From Rhina ancylostomus (Eukaryota), in contig JARFYF010000104.1 of NCBI GenBank assembly GCA_030265395.1, positions 45,887,429 to 45,951,428 on the forward strand: a stretch of DNA of 64,000 bases, read 5' to 3'. Both the position numbers and the translations under genes were made by a program. The notes under the pieces are model-generated. The model was given only the letters and a program-made list of their open reading frames with translations, was not told where the DNA came from and made no database searches. Positions 26,665 through 40,269 of the stretch are shown here, piece after piece; position 1 is the first letter of the stretch; each line of letters opens with the position of its first letter.

Positions 26665-27370
26665 TGTAGCGGCCAGCTATGATGAATAAAGACACAAGAC
26701 GATGGTTTGAAGTCACAGGGTTGAATAAATGACCAGGGCGCGCCGCCCCTTTAATACTCACAGTTCCCGTGCTGACATCACGTGTGGATCAAGTGACCTT
26801 CCCGTGCGTAGGCTTTCCTAGCCCAACGAAGAAGGAGTGCCCCGCGCCATCTTGGATCGGGGCCTCCGATGACGCTCGCAACTGCGGNNNNNNNNNNNNN
26901 NNNNNNNNNNNNNNNNNNNNNNNNNNNNNNNNNNNNNNNNNNNNNNNNNNNNNNNNNNNNNNNNNNNNNNNNNNNNNNNNNNNNNNNAAGGCTGGTCACC
27001 ACGTAGTAATGCTTGGTGTTGTCCCTGGTGATCTGGCGAATCTGAAATTGGGCCTCGGCCTGGTCAAACTAGACACGCTTGGTCCAAAAACGTTTGGACC
27101 CATTGGGGTCACCAATGTAGCAGCTAGGTACGATGAATAAAGATATGAGACGATGGTTTGAAGTCAAAGGGTCGAATAAATGACGGGGGCGCATTGCCCC
27201 TTTAATACACACAGTTCCTGCGCTGACATCACACGCAGGTCATGTGACCTTCCTGCGCATGGGCTTTCTAGCCCAACGAAGAAGAAGGAGTGCCCCGTGC
27301 TATCTTGGATCGGGGTCTCTGACAACATTTGCGGTAACGGGAGCCGGTTTGATAACGGTAAGTCGCTACA
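26665..27370 (-). mobile_element. Gypsy LTR retrotransposon (internal part mostly in a gap)
   Basis: Two similar LTR copies (from 26665, cut by the gap; 27116-27370); outer termini TGTAGC..GCTACA; TSD ATTC; PBS TGGTGACCCC resembling tRNA-Trp (27101-27114); gag start FDQAEAQFQIRQITRDNTKHYYVVTSL. Confidence 0.9.
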
Positions 27371-28082
27371 ATTCCATCAGTTTCATTTGCAAAGCTTGCA
27401 CTGCAGTAGCATGTTAAGGTTTTGTCAACAACATGTCACAATCCATTGAAATACCATCACTTGCAAGCATTCCTTCTTTGTCAATGGATCTAAACCGGGG
27501 AACTCTCTACCCAATCACACCATGGAAGCATTGCAGGAGCTGGAAAAGGTGGCCCACCAACTACCCTCTCAAGAGCAATTATGGATGGGCAATAAAGAGG
27601 AATGAAATCTAATTCAGAAAATAAATAAAAAGGATATGTTCAGCAGGTTATAACATGGCATTGAAATGATGCACATTGTTTTATATGCAAACATTTCAGT
27701 GATGTTTCTGATATTTGTATGTAAGTATCAAAAGATAACAGAGCAGTTTATGCCAATTTGTGTCATGTACAAAATTTTCAGTTGCAGAACCATTTTCAGC
27801 CATATGCTGCTACCCAATATGATACTCTTGCACATTGGCATCTCTTTGCACAAAATAACACTATTATGTAGTTGGCCACATAAGCTCCACTCTTAAAAAC
27901 ACTTAAAGCCATGCTCTTTGTTTAGCTGACTGTCAAATCTGCTGAATACGTTGGATGTTTCTGAAAATCCCTGTCTCTTAAGAACTGTTTAAAAAATGAA
28001 ATTATTTGAGAGAATTTTAAACATTATTAAAAGTTACAACAGAAAGCAAGATTGAATATGCTAACATTGAAAACAAACTCAC

Positions 28083-28273
28083 CTCAGGTTGAGGTTCAAC
28101 TGGTGAACGTCCAAGTTTAAGTACAGGGGAATTGCAGCATTCATGCTCCATTGGGGGACCCAGGAAGAGAGTTCTATGAGAAAATACTGAGTTGTAACTT
28201 GCTGGGAAAGGCTTGCAGTTATACATGGAATTCTGGTACTTCTTTGCATTTCTTGTTCCAGCATTGGAGTGCA
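28083..28273 (-). CDS. Candidate internal exon of an unidentified host gene
   Basis: Polypyrimidine acceptor TTCTTCACTGTTTATTTTCCAAG and consensus donor GAG|GTGAGT; 191 nt with two open frames; no repeat recognised. Confidence 0.3.
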
Positions 28274-29099
28274 CTTGGAAAATAAACAGTGAAGAATGGC
28301 CACCTTGATCACGGCTTCCACAACTGTGTGGCAGAGAAATAAAAGATTTTTCTATTGGAAGAGAAATATAACAAAAATATGGTTGTGGTTTCTGATTTGA
28401 CAGATGTCTGATATCTTATTGATTCTTGTGAATGCCAAGCCTGTGCTAATCAATTTAGACAATTCTATTGAGCACTATTGGAGTAATTAATTATGTTTTT
28501 GAGGAGACCTACATTCTCTTCATTTAGTAGATAATTATATGTTTCAAAGACTTTAGTACAAATAGCTTTTTTTGTTGTTGGAGTCAAACAATTATTACAA
28601 AGTATTTGAAGTAGTCAAATCTAAATTTACTCCATCAATAGGTGACTGTCTACCAATTACAATGGAGCTTTGGCGGCTTCTGTTCACTGCTTGTAACCAT
28701 GGAGTTCTTTGAGAATTAAATCTCATTGATCACAGAAAACACCTCTAAGCTGTGAATTTTCTGTTCTCACTCTCTTCTCTTCATTAAGTGAAAATGGTTC
28801 TGTCTTTGCTCCTCTTCATTGCTCAAAATCTTGTATCACCTTTGCCAACTCACTCATGGGACTAAATTTCATAAACCTATACAATGAAGCTTAGACTTTC
28901 CATTGAACTCAAGGAAACTACATCCGGTTAGCTGCTACTTCTGATGGGGATGAATTTATTTGTGCACAATGGCACTGCCTCATCATAGCCATCATCTGAT
29001 ATGTCAGAGGAAGTATATTATTTCTGCTTGTTAAAGCTACAAGATTATTAATGAATGGGTGTGTTGGGACCATCATCTGACCAGTAACTGTTCATTGTC

Positions 29100-29665
29100 G
29101 GCTGAAGGTCATATTCTCACCTCTAAGTCAGAGGGTTAAGGCTTCATCTCAGAGGNNNNNNNNNNNNNNNNNNNNNNNNNNNNNNNNNNNNNNNNNNNNN
29201 NNNNNNNNNNNNNNNNNNNNNNNNNNNNNNNNNNNNNNNNNNNNNNNNNNNNNNNAGAGGGTTAAGGCTTCATCTCAGAGGGTCAAGCAAAAATATTTAA
29301 GCTGGTACTCCTGTGCAGTACTATGAGAGAGCTGTGTTATAGAAAATGCCATTTTGTGAATGATTCCATGAAGGTGACAGCTCTTCTGCTCACCCAAGTG
29401 GATGTAAAACATTCCTTGAAGATGTGTGGGGTGTTCCCCTGCTGTTCTGAACTTTATGTAATGCTTAACCAACATTATACAAAATAAAATAGATGACCTG
29501 GTTATTATCAAATTGCTCCTTGTGAGAGATCTTGTACTGAACATTGGCTGGCAAGTTCCCAACACTTTATAACAATAATTAATCTCAACAGCATTTCATT
29601 GACTCTATGGAATTTGGTGATACTCCAAGGTGCTGAATAAAGATATATAGTGCAACTCCTTCTTT
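29100..29665 (+). mobile_element. Deu-SINE (SacSINE1-like)
   Basis: CTCACCTCTAAGTCAGAGG head; Deu-like ACTCCTGTGCAGTACT..GTGGATGTAAA; tail AATAAAGATATATAGTGCAA. Confidence 0.6.
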
Positions 29666-32281
29666 TAGCATCCAGGGTTGTTGACTTAAAGTGGAAGCTT
29701 GGCCTTTTAAAATGTGGTGGACTACCTTGCATTATTTATAATGGAGTCATTGGGTTTTCGGTGGTGATGCAGGTGCTAAGGTTGATGGCAAAGCTCTTCT
29801 ACAGTTATGCTTGCCAAAATCACGCAATTTATTAAAGCAAGAACTTCCCTTGTTTGTGCAGCTCATTATCAAGACAGACAAAACTTTTATTAACTTGCTG
29901 GCAAAGCTGCAGCACAGTTTAAGTCCAGCCATCTAATATTGTCTATTACCAACAATTGTATTTGTTACTCTAAGTACAAAGGAACTTTGGAAACTGCCAG
30001 GTCTTTTCTGCTATTTTGGGGTAAGTCCCAGATACAAGAGCTGACATCCTTTTCCCAGATAGTGAATGGCAGTGTGAATTTCTTTCCATCTGGAGGGTAT
30101 TGGCACTTCATACTCATAAAAGTGGGAGTAGGAGTATTTCCTGTTTGGATTAGAGATGACATCAAATGAAAGGCTTACCTCAAAGTTCATTCTTGCTTGA
30201 TGCTAATAAAAATGCTATCCGGATATATCAAATGGCTATTCTCTTACTCAGAAAGTTATTCTATTATAATCAATAAAATGAAGGCAGTATAGAATATGCT
30301 GACATGACGGTATAGTTCACCAAGCACTAATGCCATGCATGAGGGTTTTATTTCTAGGTGAGTTTATTAATAGATAATATTTGGTCCCTGTGAGTCCTGA
30401 GCTGGTTTTAATTGCTTGAGCAGCACTGGCTTGGATTTTTCCAGTGCAGTTTGTTCTTCCATCAGTCCCAAACTATTTGTGCCCCTCCCATACTACTAGA
30501 CAGCTCTGGGAAGAGCCTTGGGGGTAGGGTTGGTGGTGGCTGTGAAAGAATAGTGGACATCTTCGTCATAATGCTCTGACCCTTCTGGAATGGGACAGGA
30601 AAGATGGAGTAGCTGGCATTTTCCGGTGCATTAATGTTGCATGTTTGCACGATCAGAGAAAGGAAAATATAATCTAAAATAATCCCTGTGTCAAGCATTA
30701 GGATAATAGTGCATTGCTAATAATATTCTAAATGGTGAGGGCAGGCACAAGCATTAGGATTAGTTATGCACTATTATCCTGATGCGTGTGCCTGCCCTAC
30801 AGTATCAACAAATGTGTTACTGTGTCCTAGGTCCGATTTAACATTCCCTGGTGTAATGATGGACTTCATCAAAGGCTCCAATCACTCTCTTTCCCCCATC
30901 CTTCATCATCAACTTCTTACCATCCCAACTTTTTCTCACTCTTTCCTTGTTAGAGTACAGCTTCACTTTGAAAGAAAGATTAAGGAGAAAATTTGCAAGA
31001 GCTGCTCTTTTGTATTTGAATAGACAGAAACAATTATATCACAAATAAATTTAGTGAAAACAGTGGCACAGGTAGAGGGTGTTCCATAAGTAGGAGTGAA
31101 TGCTTCACAGGCTTCTCATTTCAATTCTGTTTTTACAATTCCTTATCACGTATACCGAGTTCTTATTTGCATTAAAATATTCGAAGATGGCGTGCATCAC
31201 TGAACAGTAAATCCAATCTAAATGTAATTCTGCTAACTGCTTCAGTCACCAGCTATTTGTAAACTGTGGTTCCTTTCAATCATCAGGTGAATCAAATCTT
31301 TTCTGAATAAATAACTAGAAATGTTAGTTGTCATTCAGGATGATTTAGATTTTTGAGGCGATTGGACCAATAGGTGCCGCATGCAGCTTAATGTGGATAG
31401 GTAAGAATAATCAGTTTGGGAGCAAAATATTAAATGAGACTGCATGAATTATGTGCAACAGTTGTACAATAAAGTTAATAGGTTTCAGTGGATCCATTTA
31501 TGAAGTCATCAGTACAGTGTTTGGATGCCAGAACAGAAAAGGCAAATGGGTGATTTTAGCAGAGAACATAGATGAAATGAAAAACTTGGTTGCTGTTCAT
31601 ACTGATAGTCAGATCCTATTTATAGCATTCAGTCTGTCATAGAAGCAATGTCATTTTCTTAATGTTTCCATGCCTAGAAGGTATGGTGAAGTTGGATATA
31701 AGGTCATTCGGGTACGAGGTCAAGTTAAGAAACATTTTGTTTTGTGTGGTTAAGGTTTGGTTATAGCTTGGTCAGACTTGTCCATCCCCAATGCTTCTTG
31801 AACTAAGTGGTATATACAGTAAAATCCTTTCAGAGAGCAGCTATTCAACTGCATTTTCCTGGGTCTGGAGTCAGATATACACCAGACAAGTTGAGGGCAA
31901 CAGATTTGTTTCCCTAAAGGATATTAATGAAGCAGTTGGATGTTTATGATAATTCCATAGTTCCAGATTTATTCAATTACTTCATTTCCAATTCCCCGGT
32001 TGCCTTGATAAGATTCTTGCCTACAGTCCTCTGAAAATTGGTCCAGTAACTTAACTTCAATGTTACCGTTCTCTATACTCCAAAGAGGAATTCAAGCTAG
32101 TTAAGTTTGAGTTTTTCAAGATCACGATGAGAATTGGTAAAATTGAAGCATATAAACTGTTGACTAGGACAGAAAATAAATTCATCAGGAGGCAAAAATC
32201 CATAACAGAATGAAGTTAAAAGTAAGCCAATTGAAACCATCTTCCCCAATGCCTGAGAGAGTTATAGATAAAGCCACATGA

Positions 32282-32411
32282 TGTCACAACATTGAGTAGG
32301 GAGCAAGCTCGCAGAAAACCCAAATGCAGCACACTGACACAAAACTGGAGTCAGGATACTTCCTCAGGACAAACACAGGCAGTGACTGGAAGGAATCTTA
32401 CCTCAGAGATC
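32282..32411. mobile_element. LTR fragment of the TGTCA..TGACA family
   Basis: Similar to 35522-35609; cut by an N gap. Confidence 0.7.
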
Positions 32412-34797
32412 NNNNNNNNNNNNNNNNNNNNNNNNNNNNNNNNNNNNNNNNNNNNNNNNNNNNNNNNNNNNNNNNNNNNNNNNNNNNNNNNNNNNNNNNN
32501 NNNNNNNNNNNNNNNNNNNNNNNNNNNNNNNNNNNNNNNNNNNNNNNNNNNNNNNNNNNNNNNNNNNNNNNNNNNNNNNNNNNNNNNNNNNNNNNNNNNN
32601 NNNNNNNNNNNNNNNNNNNNNNNNNNNNNNNNNNNNNNNNNNNNNNNNNNNNNNNNNNNNNNNNNNNNNNNNNNNNNNNNNNNNNNNNNNNNNNNNNNNN
32701 NNNNNNNNNNNNNNNNNNNNNNNNNNNNNNNNNNNNNNNNNNNNNNNNNNNNNNNNNNNNNNNNNNNNNNNNNNNNNNNNNNNNNNNNNNNNNNNNNNNN
32801 NNNNNNNNNNNNNNNNNNNNNNNNNNNNNNNNNNNNNNNNNNNNNNNNNNNNNNNNNNNNNNNNNNNNNNNNNNNNNNCCCTCTGACTTTGCTTGATTCA
32901 CCTTTGGACAGATCTCCCAGGTCACAGGAAACCTGGCAGCTGAAGCGTTTGTGGACAACTTTATGGAAGGAGACAGGTGCTTTCAAAGAGTGCTTGTTGG
33001 CCAGAGGAGCAACAGGTCTTTCCTGATACCCCCAATCTTGGGCCACGGGTTCCCTTTCATTAACACATTACACCCCTTCAAGGAATTTTGCTTTTGAGGA
33101 TCAGGCACTCCTTGCAATTGGAACCACCCCATAGTTTGGCCATACCTCACCACTTGGGGCTTGCCCCTGCTCTAAGAAGCTTTTGAAACCAACCTATCTG
33201 CTTGTTGCCACTTCGGAATATACGTTACCCTCTCATGCCTTGATTACTACCCACACCTCTGCTTATGTACCTCTGTTACTCTCATTCGCTCTCTGCAGAA
33301 GGTATCTGGTTCACTGTGTATCTACGTTTTTCTTCCAATTCCAAGTGCCAATATGATTTAACTATCAGAGTTTGAGGGGGTATATAGCAGTGTACTGAAA
33401 AACAGCAAGAAATGGGTCAACTATGAGGACAACTTGAATAGCTTTGCAGATTATACGCATGAAAGAGAAAGGTGCTTAAAAATTTATAGCATGTTATTTC
33501 CACTTGCTGGACTCGTACTGAGCTGGAATTAATACTCAGCTCATCTTCCTACTTAACTAAGTCAGTTAAACTGCTGAATCCCTTATGTCTCACATCCTGC
33601 CCCTTCTTTCAGGTCCTTTTGAAATCAGCCTCATCATCTGGTTGCTGCTTCTGGATACAGCTTGCCTTCTCAGTTACACTTTCCAATATCGATTCCCTTC
33701 CAATACCCAACCTGCACTTGCGCCCTCATCCCCAATTTTCACTCCAACAAACACCCACCCACCATGACCCTCTCCACCCCCAACACCTGTCAAGCATCTG
33801 AAACATCTCCAACATTTCTCATGAATATAAAATCAAACAGGAATCAAAATAAGATGGTTTAATATTTACATGCATAAATGAAGCTGTTGAGTGTCTAATG
33901 AGCTCACTATGATTCATAGTATCACTTAAAAGTTTATGAGGCTCTGTAAATGGCTCCCTTTAAACTGTCTCTTGCTTCAAATACATAATATATAGAACTC
34001 CTTCTCAGTTGTTCCTGCCTGGTTACTATTGCATATTGCCTACTTTTCCAGTAACTAATCACACAGCAACTGCAGCAGATTGCTATGTTTTTTTTCTGCT
34101 GCTGATTATTTATACTCTTCATAGAAATGCAAATTCAGTTCTTTATTCAGAATGTGGTTGTTCATTGAAATTTTGCTTGGTTATCATGCATCACACATTC
34201 CTTCACATGTTTCAATCCATCAGATAGGTACCTCAGACGAAAGAAGCAATGCACTTGTGACAAAGGGAAGAGCTGCATGCCAGTCTCCTTTAGTTACATC
34301 TTTCTTAAACTGAATTAACTTGATATAGTGAGGCTCTACTATGGGAAATCATATGATTCAGTAACAGACTCTGAAATAGTGAGCCCCCCCCCAATAGATT
34401 TGTCATCCATAAATAAAGCACTGCAGGAATCAGCTAATGTCATGCATCAAAGACTTTTAAGAACTGCTGCTGATCTTGTGAATGATGCTTAGAAATTCAG
34501 TGATAGAGCTTTTATTTGATGGTTCAGATAGCTTGGAGAGTGTAACTGTGACAGTCTTTTTTATATGCTTTTCTTCATTCCAAGAAGGCAACACTCAATA
34601 TATAAACTGTATGGCCACATTCATTCAGCTATATCTCAACACTCAGCCCATTCAATTGGAGAAAGCAATGCCTAACCTGTTATCCTTACATATCTTAGCG
34701 GAGCAAATCGGTAGGTGATATGGAGCAAGAATCCCCCAGCAGCTTCGCCACTCCCTGACCATGAACACTGCAACTACAAATTGTATTGGAACAACAC

Positions 34798-35512
34798 GTA
34801 GAAACAGAGAAGGTAAGAGTAGGAGCAGGCCATTCAGCCCTTTGTGCCTGTTCTACCAGTCAACACAATCATGCCTGATTCTCCTCTTCAGAATGCTGTT
34901 CCCCTTTTCCCTGTATCCTTTGATATTAAGAAATATATCCATTTCCTCCTTGAATATGTTTAATGACTTGGCCTCCACTAGTAAAGAATCACAGAGGTTC
35001 ACCACTGTATCGGTGAAGAAATTTGTCCTGATCTTTGTTCCAAATGACATATCCTGTATCATGAGGCTATGACCCTGCTTCTGAACTCTCCAGCCATCAG
35101 GATCGTTCTTTCTGTATCTAGTCTTGTGATCCCATTAGATTCTTATAAGCTTCGATGAGATCCATTCTTGTTCTTCCATAGTCCCAATTGACCTAATCTC
35201 TTTTCATATATCTGTCCTGCCATCTCAGGAATCAGTCTAGTACATCTTTGTTGCAGTCCCTCCATGCTAGAACATCCATCCTCAGACAAAGAGACCAAAA
35301 CAGCACATAAAGCTCCAGAACGGGTCTCACTGAAACCATGTACAGCTGCAGTAAGACATTCTTGCTCCTGTACTCAAATCATCTCAGAATGAAAGCCAAC
35401 ATACTATTTTCCTTCCAATGCACCCAAACACCTGCTTTCACTGACAGGTGCAGAAGGATAGGAGGGTCTCACTGAACTTTCCCTTTTCCCCAATATATCG
35501 CCACTCAGCTAA
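34798..35512 (-). mobile_element. CR1 LINE 3' end
   Basis: Minus frame FGTKIRTNFFTDTVVNL..VEAKSLNIFKEEMDIFL is the CR1 ORF2 C-terminus. Confidence 0.8.
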
Positions 35513-35521
35513 TAATAAAAC

Positions 35522-35998
35522 TGTCACAGTGTTGAGCAAAGAGCAAGCTCACATAGAACCCAAATGAAGAACATTGGTACAAGACTGGAGTCAGGATCCT
35601 ACCTCAGGACNNNNNNNNNNNNNNNNNNNNNNNNNNNNNNNNNNNNNNNNNNNNNNNNNNNNNNNNNNNNNNNNNNNNNNNNNNNNNNNNNNNNNNNNNN
35701 NNNNNNNNNNCGATCTGAGGAGGAGTCTCAACACAAACGGGATATCCACAGAGGAACAGAGACAGAGAAAGCAGGACTGCTCTAGAGTTGACCACTCTAA
35801 GCAGCCAGGAGCCAAAGTACATCCAAAGGTTAACCAATACTCTGGCAACTAGTGCTAGAGAAACCCAGGTACTTATGCTAGGCCCCTACTGGGGCTTAGG
35901 TGTGTGTCATTATGCAAACAGTCAAGCATGGAATCCATGTGCTGTACAAGAAGGCATCAAAAGAGCCACATTGAGGGGCAGTACCCGGAACCATGACA
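35522..35998. mobile_element. LTR of the TGTCA..TGACA family (solo or collapsed element)
   Basis: TGTCA..TGACA termini; 4-bp TSD AAAC; internal N gap; similar to the copies at 32282 and 50829. Confidence 0.75.
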
Positions 35999-36324
35999 AA
36001 ACCTTTCTATTTTTAGAACAAATTTAGGGAGATGTCCCAGGATACTTCACAACTTGCAGGAGAGCCTGTTCTAGTTGGACCATTGTGATCCACTCCCAAA
36101 GCGTCAGCTGACAGGAGTCCTGAGGGGATTTTAAACCTCGGAGCCAGACATCATGCTGAAACTGTTAAGATATCTGAGATAAATTGACTCGGCCTGAGGA
36201 CTAAAACTGTGGGCCCTTCTCAAATCTGTTGGATCAGCTCCCTACCCAATTATCAGCAGTATCTATAATTCACAATTTCAAATCAGTTAATCTGTTGTAT
36301 CATACAGTTTTTTTAAATGTAAAG

Positions 36325-36680
36325 ACTGGCATTTATATAGAGTTTTCTTAACTCAGGATGCCCCATTGCTTTTACTGCAATGAAATATTTGTCAAATATA
36401 ATTATTACCATAATGTAGGAAATATGATATTCAATATATGGACAATAAACTCCCATGCATAGCAATGATCAATCGGTCCATTTATCAGTTTTGCTGTGGG
36501 ATAAATATTGGCCAGGATACTGCAGAAAACAATTGTGTCGTGGAATCTTTTCTTTCCCTCCAAGGAAGCAGACAGTCCATGGTTACAGCTGGCAGCTGAA
36601 TGACAGCATCTGCAACAGTGTGGCCTTGCCTTAGTGTGGCACTAGATTTTGTGGTCAAGTTCCAGGCTAGCTTGATAGGA
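36325..36680 (-). mobile_element. Deu-SINE (SacSINE1-like)
   Basis: GGGATAAATATTGGCCAGGA, with the reverse tail GGCATTTATATAG. Confidence 0.6.
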
Positions 36681-37384
36681 GGTTCCCTGAGGTTTCTCAC
36701 TGAGGACATGAGCACAGTCCTTTAATGTCCATTCACATTCTGCCCTCGACATGGGACAACAATAGATGGAATATATTTTCTTGAGTATGAAGTTTGAGTG
36801 TCCTCCTTAAAGTGGCAGTGAGCACCAAAGTGTGAGACGTGGCAGAGATCAGTAGCAGCAGCTTGGAATGATCCCACACTTGCAAGCACAGAATGATCAT
36901 GACTCTGTCCTCTATGGATGAAGCAGTTCAGTCACATACAAGGCACTGTATGTGAGGTCACAGACTTTAGTGAAGACTGTCTTGGTGATGCTTAGTCAGT
37001 GCAGTCATTGCTGATCAGATATGTCTGGTTAGGAGCATAAGTCCTCGTAACCTTTAGGTAGATAACATCCAAATGGACAATTCCTTTTCTGCCTTCTCCC
37101 ATATAGACATTCCTGGCTGTGATACATTCAATGTCTATGGTCCAACCTAATGCTATCTATAAAGAGAAGTGTTGGAGATAAGTAAATCCCCATTGGAAGT
37201 TGATTTTGACTACAGAAAAGATGTTTAAATCGCAAGGTGTCTCTGTGTTAAATGTGAGCAGTGAGCAGAGAAAGAAGTGAATTTCCTTGGATCAGTACTG
37301 TGATTAGAATAGAGTACTATGGATTAGCTTGACAAGAAATACACTTTGAGTGTTGGCCCTTTAAACAGCATGGCGTCAATGAGT

Positions 37385-38520
37385 AAAATGCAAAACAAAA
37401 ATGTTGGAAATACTCAACAGGTCAGATAGCATCTGTAGAAAGAGAAACAGAGTTCTTGTTTTAGGTTGAAGATCCATCCTCAGAAATGGAATAAAGAGAA
37501 AACAAGTTAGTTTTACTTAGGAAAGGGATGGATAGGACAAAGAGGATATTTCTGAGTGGGTGAGGCCAGGGTTGTCATGGAGATAAATTATTAAGGTCCT
37601 TTGTTCAATGGGTTAATTGGGACAATTACAGAGAAAGAAAATGAACAAAAGCTATGATATGAAAGTGGTTAGAGAGTGAGAATGTAGTCAAATAATCAAG
37701 AAAAGGTGTGACATGTTCAACAGGTGAGGCTGTGCTCATGGAGAGAGTAGAACTGAGCCTCTCTCACAGATGGATGACTTATGGCAGAAGTGTCCCATTC
37801 TAATGCAGACAGAGAATGCAAGTTACCTGAAGCTGCAGAATTTGATGTTGAGTAAAAGTTGGCAATTCTGTGGGCAAACAATAACTGTTGAATTTTAGAG
37901 TGAAGTGAAAATCACGCTGAAGTTGAAAATTGGATGTTGCATTATTATTGATATCACTTGGGAGTGTTTTATGCCAGAACCACATTTCAAGTGCTGAAGA
38001 AGCTTCTGCTGAAAAGATGAGGGTAGAATTTTCCACTGTGCAGGAAAAGAGCAAGAAATGGGTACAGCATTGCTCTGCTCCTGTTTAAGTCTGCTTTTAA
38101 CTGAAAACCATGTGTATCCGAGCACTTTGAGGTGGAATTTCTAGGCCAGAGTGTTTATGAAATGGATGGAGGATATTCCTATCCTGACCTTTCAGGCATG
38201 TCTTCCAGCTCTGTACTTCACAAATTCTACATATTTTTGTCTATGTTCTCACTTTCAAAGTGCTCCCACTCACTCATTGACCAAATGGCCTTGCTTACAG
38301 CTTTATTTTTCCGGTCACCTTGGTTTTACCCTATCAGAGTCACCCCCNNNNNNNNNNNNNNNNNNNNNNNNNNNNNNNNNNNNNNNNNNNNNNNNNNNGT
38401 CTCCTTCCCAGTTCTGACAGAGAGCCTTTGACCTGAAACGTTAACCCAGATTGTCTTCCACAGGTGCAGCCTTCCCTACTGAGTATTACCAGCATTTTAT
38501 TTTAGACTTACAGCCTTTAT
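37385..38520. mobile_element. Decayed Penelope terminal-repeat fragments in both orientations
   Basis: GGAAATACTCAACAGGTCAG..AGCATCTGT and the reverse-type GACCTGAAACGTTAAC..CTGAGTATTACCAGCATT; related pieces near 6500, 15030, 21750, 41950 and 52040. Confidence 0.55.
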
Positions 38521-40269
38521 TTTCACTTACTTGAGGATTTTAACAGTGTAGGCTCAATAGCAAAACAGGTGTGGTTTCCCAGACCGATCATTAACCAATT
38601 CCAAAATTGGGAAATCATTAATTTGAAACTGGGAGATCGATAACCAACTTTGAAGGAGAATCATTAGCCAAGGACAGTGAGAAATGACTAATCAACTTCG
38701 CTTGGAAATAATTAAGATATTCAGAGGAAGAGAAGTATTTAAGCAGATATTGAAAATCAAAGCAGTTAAAAGAAAGATGGGAAATCCTGAACAGAGCACT
38801 CAAAAACATTCACTGGAGACAAGTCAAGATAAATTGGTGCTGAATCACACCATAAAAGGAAGAGCAGTTGAAAAGGCATGTGCCAGAGATTGATATCCCA
38901 TGGAGAATGGCACTGCCAGGGAAGTCCAGGTTACACCAGGATCCAGCAAACAGCTGTTTGACAGCAGATGTGGGGAGCCTCCCTTTGGGGCTCACCAGAG
39001 GAAGGGTGGATTTCCCACATCCCTACCACCTGGAGGACTCAAGTGAGGAGTGGGATTAGGAGCCTTTCAGGAAAAGGCTGAGGCAGATTCACATTGAGGC
39101 GGTGAGCCAGGATCGAGCGCAGGAGGTGACCAAGGGCGTGAAAGAGTCCAGCTTTAAGGTCTCTCAGCATATTGTGTGGAACCAGAGGACTATGATGTCC
39201 ATGACCTCCATTCTGGAGGCCTTGAGCACAGCCTTACAAATGCTCAGCATTAATCCTCTCACACAGTGACTACTGGTTCAGGTGGCAGTTGCTGTGGAGG
39301 TACAGGCAGAGGCCACAATTAATCTATCTCTATAGTCGGATCCTCATTCTACATACTTGCATGTCTACTTTCTGCCACACAGAAGCAGCTCGGAGCTCTT
39401 CAGGGACAGCAATACATCACCAGGGAGCAGCTTAATGTCCTCATCGAGCAAGAGATAATGCTCATGAGCAGGTCCCTGCTCTCAATGGACACAGGAATAC
39501 TTCCCATGAGCAGTTTGCTGTACTCCAGAGCAAAAGGTGCACTACATATCAGCAGGAGTTGTTATCCCTGAACAGAGAGATGATGCATAACAGTTGATTA
39601 GCTCCTTCATCAGTAGAAAGAAGTTGCATGTGAGCCATTGGCTCTCCTACTGGAGTAGGGCCATGACTGGAAGGAACTGATCCTTCCATTGCAAGACCAG
39701 AGATATCCCTCCCTACATTCTATGCACAAATAAACACTAACCATTTCTATTGATGTAAAGTTTTGTTGCCACTTTAGCAATATTGAAATGCATTCTAATT
39801 TTGTGCAACAAATTAATTCTTAATTGTGCAGAGAAATGTCACACTGGTATGGCAGCTGCTGATATCACTGTGTACCCTGCTATTGCTACACATAGGTAGG
39901 TTGGTAAGTCACGCATGTCGTGAATATGCTCAAGCTTAAGCTTGACTGAAATCACTTTCCTCTTAAGTTGATGACAATCTTTTATTTCTTCTCCCCTCAT
40001 GTTCTGCTCTTACAAACATTACCATGATCAACTGTGAATGAGGGATGCCTAAGAAAGGCAGTGGACTATGGCTTGTAAGACTGGATGGAAAATCTGCTCT
40101 TCTGTATTCCTTTTCCATGAACATCAAAACCTCCCCACCCCCCAATCTCCCCCATTATGCAGGTGACTGANNNNNNNNNNNNNNNNNNNNNNNNNNNNNN
40201 NNNNNNNNNNNNNNNNNNNNNNNNNNNNNNNNNNNNNNNNNNNNNNNNNNNNNNNNNNNNNNNNNNNNN

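Noticed and set aside
29130-29280. Exact 26-bp direct repeat AGAGGGTTAAGGCTTCATCTCAGAGG flanking a gap
   Set aside because: Most likely unmerged contig overlap rather than a TSD.
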